64,000 nt of DNA from the NCBI RefSeq assembly GCF_009914755.1, contig NC_060925.1. One strand, written 5' to 3'. Below, in pieces: positions 52,580 to 64,000 of the stretch; within the stretch, counting starts at the first letter, position 1, and each line of letters opens with the position of its first letter. A program made the translations under genes and the position numbers. The notes under the pieces are model-generated. The model worked only from the letters and a program-made list of their open reading frames with translations, searched no databases and was not told the origin of the DNA. Origin of the DNA: the human T2T-CHM13v2.0 reference genome, Homo sapiens.

Positions 52580-53450
52580 GATATACCACTTGGTGCACAG
52601 TAAGGTGTTCAAAAAACACTTGTTGAATGAATGAATGAACAAATGTTATGGCCATAAACAGCCAACATTTCATAATGTCTTGCTCCAAATGGTTCAAAAT
52701 AGCATTATGAAAGCACAGCTCAAAACAGTGTTATAATTATATAGGATCATGGGCATTGAGGTCAGTCTCTAAAGTCTGAGTCTTGGATTCTATCATTATT
52801 ATTTTTGAGATTTTGGGCAAATTTCTTAATTTTTCTAAGCCTCAGTCTTGTCATTTATTAAACAGGGATAAAACTATTTGCACCTGATATAATTATAGTA
52901 AAAATAATGTGCACAAAGCATTTGGCAGCTGACCTGTAAAAATCTCTCAAGTACTTGTTGCTATTATTTTTAGTTTTTTTCATAATTTTAAATTGTATTA
53001 TTGTTATTGTATAATAGCTAAGAACACAAACTCTGGAGCTAGACCTCTGCTCTTTAGTTTTCACATAAAGATGACAATGATGATAGTATCTATTGCATAG
53101 GGTTGTTATGAGAATCAAATAAGTTAACAGATGATGTGCCTAGAATAACAAACACAGCATGAGGCTTAATTGTTCATGTTGGTGGTGGTAATGTTAAAAG
53201 ATATCCAACTGGGTAAATGTGATTTTAGTGTTACATGGGTTTGAATCTCAGCTCTGCCCCTTACTTAGTATGTGATCTTGTATAAGTTAATTAACCATTC
53301 TGTGCCTCAGTTTCCTCATCTCCAAAGAGAAATAATAGCACTCATCGCATGAAGTTATAGTTAGGATCCAATGAAAGAATATGTGTATAGCACTTAGATT
53401 AGCACCCAGGACACAGTGAGTATGTAATGAATGTTAACTATTATTGTTGC
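52580..53450 (+). mobile_element. L2 tail and several MIR copies
   Basis: 'ttgttgaatgaatgaatgaa'; well-preserved MIR at 53235-53445 ('tctgtgcctcagtttcctcatct'). Confidence 0.75.
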
Positions 53451-54293
53451 CATGGTGTGGTTATCATCATCATCTCTGCCAAAGGAATTCATATTTATAG
53501 CCTGAAAATATTGACAGATAAAAGCCCTGTTTATAATGAACACATAGGGAAGATTCTCAAATTGCATTCCTTTAGTTCAAAAACGTAATGCTTCCCTGTT
53601 TCAAGGTCCTAATTTTCTGAACTTCTCTTTCATTTTCCTATCCATCTAGATAGTTCAAAATCTCCCACCATCAAAGGCAACCCTTCCTCATTAGCTTTGG
53701 AGGCCATTTTCTCACGAATTTAGTTATTCCTTTAAAACTAAAAATATAATAATTGCAAATCCTGTCCCATGAAGATTAAAATATGTGAGTTCTGTTCCCG
53801 AAATTGCCAGTAAATTGGATTCCTTGGTGAAATCATCATTTCTCTGAGTTGTACACATTCTTCCTCAAAAAATATGTCCACAAGCTAACTTGCAAACTTA
53901 TACACACTTAATATACAGAAACCAACTTGGAATACTGAACAAATATTCTACATTGGTTGTAATTGTCACCACTAAAATTCCAGGAAACCCCATCAAAGAT
54001 GTAGCTGTAGCTGATCCTCAGCATTACTGGTCAAAGCTGGTCATTGAGAATCCACGCCCCCTTAACATTCTGCCCAGTGTGTAAGTGTTGTTCAGTAGCC
54101 ACAGAAAAAAATATAATTAAAAGATACCAAAGCTGAGCTAGAAGAGATATTAGAGGTCGTCTGGATTAATTCCTTATAAGAACAGAAAATAAGAATAAGA
54201 AATGCTAAATAACTTTCCCAAGGCCATAAATTTATTTGAGCAAATTTAGCAGTCAAATAATGGAAATAATAAGAATATCTTACATGTAAAAGA

Positions 54294-54645
<352 letters not shown>

Positions 54646-54669
54646 TATGTAAAAGCCTTTTATAGTTTA

Positions 54670-54840
54670 GAGCGCACTTTCAGACCTATTATCTTATTTG
54701 ATTCCCGTGGCAACTTAATAAGGTAGAAAGAGAGTAAGCATCATCATCTACATTTTACAGGTAAGGAAATAGGCTTGGATAGGTGAAATGATTTGACCAA
54801 GTTAACACAGTTTGTATGCGGCAGAGTAGAAATCAGAAAC
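54670..54840 (-). mobile_element. MIR (host of the AluY)
   Basis: 'cattttacaggtaaggaaat.ggc..aggtgaaatgatttgaccaag'. Confidence 0.65.
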
Positions 54841-55349
54841 CACTTCCCTCCAGATTCTCATGCCCTACTTTTCTCCTGCAGTTATATTATCAAGTCATCT
54901 AACAGTAAAAAAGTTATTTTTCAAGTGTATGGCTTTATTGCTTGCTCTGTGGTAAGAAGAATGTAGACTATTTCCTATGCATTTTTCTAGTATTGTAGAG
55001 ACATAAGGATCTGTGAGAGCCTTTATCTATTCCATCCTCCAGCATCAAAGCGGGATTTCACATAAATCATATAGGGCAGACCAGGCATCTATTTGAAGAT
55101 AAGATATTTTTCAAAATTCCAAGAAATGTGGCTTTAGCCAACCTCATCCACGATGTATTTTAAATATTAACCAGATTGGCAAGTCTTTTGTGTTTTACCT
55201 GTCCTTCATGGAATTAATAGGAAACTAAGATTTCTTTTATTAATTTAGAATAATTCTACTATTCTAAAAGTGATGATTATGTTTAGTATCACTATGTACT
55301 TTATTTAAAATATCAAAAATAATTTAGTGGCTTAAATACCTCTAAAAGG

Positions 55350-55740
55350 CCCTGATTAACATAATCCTGTTAGTGAAACTCATCTCCCAGACTACCATGA
55401 TTGGTTTAACAACAGGCACATAATCCAGTTTGGGCTAATGGGTCAACAGGAGATGGTGTCTAGAGATTCTGGAAAAGGAGACACATTTTCACTTCCTGAT
55501 GGATATGAATGAAAAGGCATATTGCCTCAGGAGATGTTCAAAGCCATTTCAAGTCGGCCAGCTTTGGGCTAAAGTCAATATTGGAAGTTAGGGGGATAAA
55601 CAAAATGAAATAGGTGTTTGGTGAAATGGTTGATCCACTGTATACACTTTGTTTAGTACATTCTACTTATTCCCTTTTAACTTACTTGAGCCAATAAATG
55701 CCTTTAACTTTTTAGCCATTTTGATACTAAGTTCCAGGTA
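55350..55740 (+). mobile_element. Old MaLR LTR remnant (MLT1J/K-like)
   Basis: 'tgattggttta...caggcacataatccagtttgggctaatg', 'ttctggaaaag', 'cagccattttgat'. Confidence 0.45.
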
Positions 55741-57222
55741 TGCAGTGCCTGCCATTTGTGTGTGTGTATATGTGGGTGTATTTAGCAAGCAGTGAGTTCT
55801 GGCCCTTTCATGAAGCAGAGAAGAGAATGAGGCCTCTTCTCCGGCCACAGAGACCACTGACATGTGGCAATGCCAAGCAATATATCCTGTGACCTGCCTA
55901 GAAAGAGATAGACAGTGATACACTGGCAGGACCCAAGGGGAAATGGGACTGTTGCCCACCTTTCTAAGGGGTAGTCTCCCTTCACTTGCCCCACAGTCCT
56001 GTAACATAAAACACACAGAAAACCCCAGCTGTGATCCCAAGACCTTTAGGAGCTGGTAGACTAGGCTACCAAAACCTGACCTAAAGCCAGAAAAACCTCT
56101 GCTGCACATACTCATCAGCCATTGTTGCCTACAGAAGAGATGTGCCTGCAAGTTGAATATTCCTTTACAGCAATGGGAAGGCCACTATCATCCAGAGACA
56201 ACCTCTCCCTGGCAATGCTACTCACCCGAATATCTGCTGACTCTAGCTCCAGCCACACTCCAGTCCTTAACCACAAGAAGGGAAATTATGATGCTCAGAG
56301 TGACCAGCTGACTGGTCCTGAGTCAGAGCTTTAGGATCATAGTCTCAGAGGCTACAGACAGTTATAAAAAACAAATCTGGGCAATTTAGCTAGCTTCTTA
56401 CCCTATTCTAAGCCCCTTTCTTCTTTCCTTATGTATCAGTAACCCAAGAAACTTCTGTCATCAAGTTGGGCGTGGCAAGAAATGTGCTTTTCATTATCTG
56501 TTGCCCACATTTACTCTTGTTTCCAGGTCTTTATTAGTCAGACTCCTATGACCCATGTTCAGGAAAACCCAGGCTTTGCCTTGATGCTAGCTAGCTGCTG
56601 CCAGTATTATTTACCTTGCCTGATGAGTCCTGCACTCTTACTGTCCTGATGCCAACTTATGGAAGTTCTGTTCAGCAATAAATCTGAAGAGTTGGCCCCA
56701 TACTGCAAATATGATTATACAAATAATACGGAATCTCAGTTTTATGTTCTCATCTCTCTCCAAACCCAAGGTCAGGTGTTCCAACCAGTATATGGACACC
56801 AACTGAAGGCAGGAGGTCATCAAGCTTTGCATTTACCCCAAAGGGATCACAGTGTGTTTCCTAAAGAGTGGGTTGTTCTGCTTTTGCCATGAAAACCCCA
56901 GTTATTAATGTGAACATTATCTGTCTGAGCATTTCACCAGCTTCTGATGACCCACCAGCTCTAAGGGGATATATAATGTCTACAAAATGAGACACCAAGG
57001 GCACCTACAAATTCATCTGTATCTAGTGATGAATAAAAGGTGACCTTTCTAGTTTACCAACATACAGCTCTCACTGAACATCTCATCTAATCACTCAACC
57101 CAAGGAGACATGGCCTAATTTGATGAAATGCCAACATGCTATGTCTAGCTGGTATCCCGTGAGCCAGAGCCTTTATGAACTACCTGAGGCCACCACCTCT
57201 AGGTTAACTCTAAGATATGGGT

Positions 57223-57629
57223 ACAGTCATATATCACATAATGACATTCAGTCAATGGCAGAGCACATATAGGACAGTGATCCCATAACATAATAACGGA
57301 GCTGAAAATTTTCTATTGCCTGGTGATGGAATGTCATAGCACAATGTATTTCCTCTTCTATGTTTGAATATGTATAGATACACAAGTACCATTGTGTTAC
57401 TATTGTCTAGAGTATGCTGTACAGGTTTGTAGCCTAAGAGCAACTGGCCTGGGGGCAATAGGCTATACCATTAGCCTAGTTGTATAGCAGGCTATACCAT
57501 CTACGTTTGTGTACACTACATATAGGGTATATCACAAGTACACTACATCTATGATGGGCACACAATAATGAAATCCCCTAGCCATGCATTTCTCAGAATA
57601 TATCTCCATCTTTTAGTGACACATGACTG
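57223..57629. mobile_element. Tigger3/Golem-type TcMar DNA transposon derivative
   Basis: Inverted termini (TA)CAGTCAT.. / ..ATGACTG; internal 'ggagctgaaaattttctattgcctggtga' and 'ataggctatacca'. Confidence 0.85.
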
Positions 57630-58219
57630 GATTTGAAAATCCTGAGGTGGAGACCTGGAACAGAATCTGCCCACCAAAAAGTCTGGGGAGGGGGTTTTGC
57701 CTAAGGTATCATCAGCTTTAGTGAAAGTGACCTCAGGGCAATAAAAAAACATCCCATCACTGCAGAGTTCACAGGTCACTGTCTTCCATCCACTTATTCT
57801 CCATTGTTTTGTACATTTTTCTCCAATAATTTTATGTTTGCTGGTTTGGATCATAAACCATTGCTACATCCTAGGGGAGAAAGATCATATTTGTTTTTAT
57901 CCCTCCAAATCCCATGTTGCTTCTTAGTTTCTCCCGTTGTAGGCTATTAGACGCAGAAGGTGAGATTGTCCTGGAATTCCAGGGGAGAGGGAGAGGTCAT
58001 TTTTTTTTTTTTTAGCACTTTTCCATTTCACAAGTATCAAGTACTCCAAAAGAATAAATAAAGGCCCTGTTTTGGAAACCAAAATATGAGAGGGACTTCA
58101 TCTACTTCATCTTCACATACCTGCCCAGCCACCCTTGTTTAACAAAGATTTTCTGCTTTCATGGACTGTCATGCTACAGAATATTCAACTGCAGCTCCTA
58201 GAATGTTTCCAACCTTATA

Positions 58220-58269
58220 TTAGGTTGGTGCAAAAGTAATTGTGGTTTTTGCCATTAAAAGTAATGGCA
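58220..58269. mobile_element. Truncated MADE1 (Hsmar1 MITE)
   Basis: TTAGGTTGGTGCAAAAGTAATTGTGGTTTTTGCCATT is the MADE1 left TIR; most of the right TIR is missing. Confidence 0.93.
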
Positions 58270-59425
58270 TTAAAAAAAAAACTGGTTAAAATTCTCCAAG
58301 TTTTGATATACCTGTATATTGCTCACCATCCTCTAACAATTAACTAATTAACCAGAGAACTGAAGAATAACTCCATTTCCACATTCCCACAGACAGCAAA
58401 CCTGGGCCACATCCTTGGTTTATATAACTTACTACACTTCTCAAACCACAACATTCCCTGTAACAGCAACTATGGCTTACAGCCATATGACCTTCTCTGT
58501 CTTATATTACATACAATAAGAAAAAACATGTCCTTAGAATGACCTCTAGGAAACTCATGGGTAAGCTGAGGAATAAAATTATCCTTTAACAGAAGTTTCT
58601 GAGTGGGAGGTTTCATGAAAGATAGTCTGGCTTTCCTCTAAGCCCATACATAGCCTTGAGCCTCAAAAGAAGCAGGAGAAGGATATGCGTAGTTTTCCAT
58701 CAATGCTTTTGGTCTTCCAAGTACAGTATTCTTTTTCCCCCAAAACATTCCCTCATAATCTGCTCACCAAGAAAACTGAATTACTAAGGAAAGGAAGTGC
58801 TAGATTCATGCAGATTTCATGACCAGCTTTAATACTTGGTCCGTTAGAAAGAGCATAGCCCAGAGAGCTAGACTTAGAAATTTGACTTGCATTTTCACAT
58901 ACTTTATCAGGTCTTATTCTGAGTAAACCAGGGAAACCCCAGCCCACTGATACTTGAAAGCTAGCTCGGTACCTTTAATAATGACACTATTTTACCTCTT
59001 ATTTGCCCTAAACATGTTCTATCTTATTTCTATAATATATGAAAGACAGTCACAACTGTTATTCAGTGTGTTCCCTAAAATTGAAAACCTAGTTGCAGTC
59101 TAATTTTTAAGTGTTTTCACCAGGGTTATGTATTTCATAACTGATGGTGCCCAGTTGGAAAGGTAGCTTTCTCTTTAGGGAAAGCTTCTCGATTTGGGGC
59201 TTGAATCAACTTACTGCATACCAGTTCATAAGATCCATGGCTACTTCTCCAGTAGAAACGACATGGACGCTCAGAGGAGCAGAATACATACCAAATGTGG
59301 ATACATTTATGATTTAAGGCATTGGCAATGAAAGATATATAAATAATTGTATTATTATACATTTATTTTGAATGAGTCATAAATTCTCTTCCTCACTTTG
59401 AGCCCAGAGCAGCCTGGTACTAACC

Positions 59426-59460
59426 AATAAGTAAGTAAGTAAATAAGTAAATAAATAAAT
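59426..59460. repeat. (TAAG/TAAA)n short repeat
   Basis: Seen directly. Confidence 0.8.
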
Positions 59461-60539
59461 CAGAGACTCTTCTTTCCCTTCTTCCTAGAAGTTTCTAGCA
59501 AATAACATACTTGCTGATGTTTTGGAGAGCTCAGTTATTAGGAAGAATTCTTAGGAGGAGATGTGGGCTATAATACCAAAATATTTATTGATAGTTTCCA
59601 TAATATTTCCACAAGAAATAATATCACATGTTCAAAAATAAAACTGGAATGTCCTGCTATTTTAGTTGACCAGACTCAAATCGTTATGGGACATTTACTG
59701 TATGGCATTTTTTATGCCGCAGAAAGAAGGACCATACTGTTTCTACTCTGAAGAGAATTTCAAATCTGATCAGGAAAATAGTAAATTTCTACAAGATAGA
59801 ATACGGCAAATGTTTAAAAAGAGGGAGTCACATCCATTTGGAAATCAACATAGAAGGTGTTAGGCTTTATGGAGATGGAGATTTCAAATCAAGACTTGAG
59901 AAATTAGGTAAGAATTCCAAAATAAGTGCTCTGGGAGGATTTAAATAAATCAGTGAGGAGTAAGTACATTCATTCATTCATTAATTTATTAACAACTGAA
60001 CTAATACATTCCTGAATGAGAGGATAATACACTGTTGTTCAATATGTGCTGTTTAGTTTCTAAGGATGTTGCCCTCAATAAGAACACTTGGTATTAACCT
60101 CTGACAAAGTACCACTATAACTCTGAAGCCATGTATTAGTGGTTTAAATTAAGAAACAGCTGTGATATTAAAATTAAGACACTTTTGAATAAAGCAACAA
60201 GCCATATCATAGACTTCCCAGAAACAGAGGGCATTTCACATATTTCAGTGAATACAGGAGTAGAATTCTATATATTTATTAATTTGATATGCATTCAATA
60301 GATATCGACTGTTTACTTAATATTGTACTAATTACTATGAAGATATAAAATAAAGTATGGAAATAGTTACTTCCCGATGGGTTGCCCAATATTTAATAGG
60401 TGAAATAAGGCACGTGAAAATACAATAGGAGAACATTTCTGGACAAAATAGGACAAACTGAGAAATGCAAAGGCTACCTATGGTTTTGCTCTCCCAGGGG
60501 TCTCGAAGTATATCATAATTATCTGGCAGAGTATTATTC

Positions 60540-61442
<903 letters not shown>

Positions 61443-62379
61443 ATTCTTATAAGCATTTTACATGTGGATGCAAAGACACTAAGTGATCCACATAAAACCA
61501 TGTGAGTTGAGTTTTCTCTATGGTATATTGCTGGCAATATCAGTAGGCCCAGAGTTCGAAGGCCTCAAGATTATAAGTACTTGGTAGAATATCATTATTA
61601 CTAATTTATTTATTTATTATGAGCCTATACAAAGTTTAGGTTAAAGTGAAGGAGATGTTCTATAAAGAGACTGAAGATACAGAGGAATCTGTGCTTCATT
61701 TGATAGGATACAGTGCAAAATTTGGGGTGGTAGAAGAAGAAGAAAAGCTGAAAAGTATATTAGAAACTTCAGGTGCCCAGACACAAATGCTGGAGAATAA
61801 TAGCTGTGGGTGTGTGTGGGTTACAGAGGATCTGGGCAGCCCCGCTGCATCTCTTGGCCACAGAGAACAGTCAAGTCTTTCTGTATCCCCCAAGATGGGT
61901 TCATAAATCAACTAAAAAGAAAAGAATTATCCCAAAGTTTATTACAAAGATATGCCAGAAGAGAAAGCAGCAAAGGTGGTAAACTCAGAGACCATATGGA
62001 AACATGGGGGTCTGGCCACTTGGTGAACATCAGCGTGGAGTGATGACGGTGCCTGAAGACCTGCTCCAACATGGACAGACACCAGCAAATGGCCAATGAA
62101 CTTTCCAGATGATACCAGGAAACTATAGAGATCCCTTGGATTTTTGATGTCACTATGAGGTGAGAAGTAAAGAACAGCAAATCATGATCAACTAAGTTTA
62201 AATTTGAAATGGCTGAGCTAACATGAAGTAACTGTGATCATCTAGAATTAACTAGGAAATTCTCCATCATACATACAGTATAGAAAACCTGACATAGAAG
62301 CTATGTTCCATATAGAAAAATAAAGCTATGCTTTATGGCTACCTGATATTGTGGACTGAAAATATCACAGCTGCTATAG

Positions 62380-62704
<325 letters not shown>

Positions 62705-62825
62705 AGGAAGCATTTAAGCAGAAGAATATCATAATCAGATCTGTGGACCATGAGGATGTGTATGGGAGGCAGAGAGGAAATAGACGGCAGAAGCAAGCAA
62801 GATGGCAGCCTATGCTGGCCTAGCT

Positions 62826-62985
62826 CAGTGCTCCTCAAATTTTAATGGACAGATGAATCATGTGTGGGCCTTGTAAAAAGGCGAAGTCTGATTTGTCCTG
62901 AGGGTGAGAGAGTCATTGAAATTCTAGCCAACACCGAAGTGAGGCTTATGCTCTAGTCCATGGAGCATGTTTTAAGTAGCAAGGG
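62826..62985. mobile_element. MER5-type hAT MITE within L2 remnants
   Basis: 'cagtgctcctcaaattttaatg..cag.tgaatca' to 'tttaagtagcaagg'; L2-like flanks out to ~63180. Confidence 0.6.
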
Positions 62986-64000
62986 TCTAGGTGGCAGGTG
63001 ACTTAGCCTGAACTTGGCAGTAACAATGGAAAAGGAGGGAAGACACAGCTGAAAAGCATCAGGAAGCAAAAATGACAAGACTTAGTGACTGCTTGGAATA
63101 AGAGAAAATATTCACGATGACACCAAGATTTTTAGGCTTGGACAACTAAGAGTATCATGGTGCTGTTAACTGAGTCCTCAGAAATAAAGATTATGCAGAA
63201 ATACCACAAAAGCCCTTACACATATTGATTTCTACCAGGTTGGAGAAAAACACCCCTACTGTGTAAGGTTGCCTTTTTCTTTTCTCTCTCTCTCTTTGCC
63301 CACTCAAGCAGAGTTCTTGGTAGACAATTGACTGCCTATTTTTCAGCCCTTTGGTATTCCTGCTTAGCATACAGGCCCCCTCACCACAGGAAGAAATTTG
63401 AGATTGGGATCCATTCCTCCTTGCATAGGAGGTTTTGGCTGCTTTGTTTTCATTGCACATTGTTAATGATTTGTCCCTGAACAAACTGAAAATATGCCAT
63501 TAGAGAGATTAACAGATATGGAACTCCAAAGAACCTAAAAGTACTTCAGTGCAGCTTGAGAATTATAGTGAGTTGTTCCCAAAGTAAAAAGAAAACTATG
63601 TCAAACAGGTGTTTTAAGATTCCCCAAGTTAATAGTCCAGAGAGGGCCCTGGGACCCAGCAACAGTCTTCACTTGCTGTGTGAATTTGGCTCCCAGTCAG
63701 AGAGAGAGAGAGTGATAAAGAGATCAGGAGAGGCCTCTGCTTCTGCTGATGCCCCAGAGTCATCATTACAGGTGAAGCAGCAAGTCAAGAATGGTCCATG
63801 CAGTTGCCAAAAACCATTTATGGAGATGAACTATGGGAAATGGCCATGCAATTTCATTTCTCATTTCAGATTCTTATTGAAGTGAGACCAGATTAGACTC
63901 AAGCCCCTGTCTGTACTGCCTGTGTGTGTGTTGGGGGAGGGAGGTGTGATGGGAGAAGGAAGGGGGAATGCCTGGTATTGTGCTTCTGTGAACTGGTTTC

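Noticed and set aside
55663-56151. 162-aa ORF (longest in the track)
   Set aside because: TTG start, no recognisable family, includes a microsatellite-derived stretch; consistent with chance in 64 kb.
58220-58269. miR-548 family precursor
   Set aside because: The MADE1 lacks its 3' arm, so no pre-miRNA hairpin can form.

Overview
This is primate (human-like) nuclear DNA, not prokaryotic. It is AT-rich and CpG-depleted, and carries Alu SINEs (J, S and Y types), MIR and L2 fossils, a degraded L1, several ERV/MaLR solo LTRs (including an intact 780-bp LTR17/HERV-W solo LTR with a 4-bp TSD) and fossil DNA transposons. I can support no protein-coding exon, tRNA, rRNA or CRISPR array; the supplied ORFs are chance ORFs or lie in repeats. 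About 23-45.5 kb is poor in recognisable large repeats and holds several + strand promoter/exon-like signals, so it looks like the 5' regulatory region of a + strand transcription unit, which I cannot name from sequence alone. The most unusual structures are: (1) a perfect 28-bp tandem array with nested palindromes and CRE-like sites (25028-25150); (2) a 44-bp-arm, near-perfect inverted repeat (27414-27515); (3) a ~140-bp dispersed duplication whose first copy is bracketed by inverted repeats (13057-13284 vs 15437-15575). I found no evidence for a new multi-component biological system. Repeat family names are from recalled consensus sequences and should be confirmed with RepeatMasker/Dfam; boundaries of old repeats are approximate.
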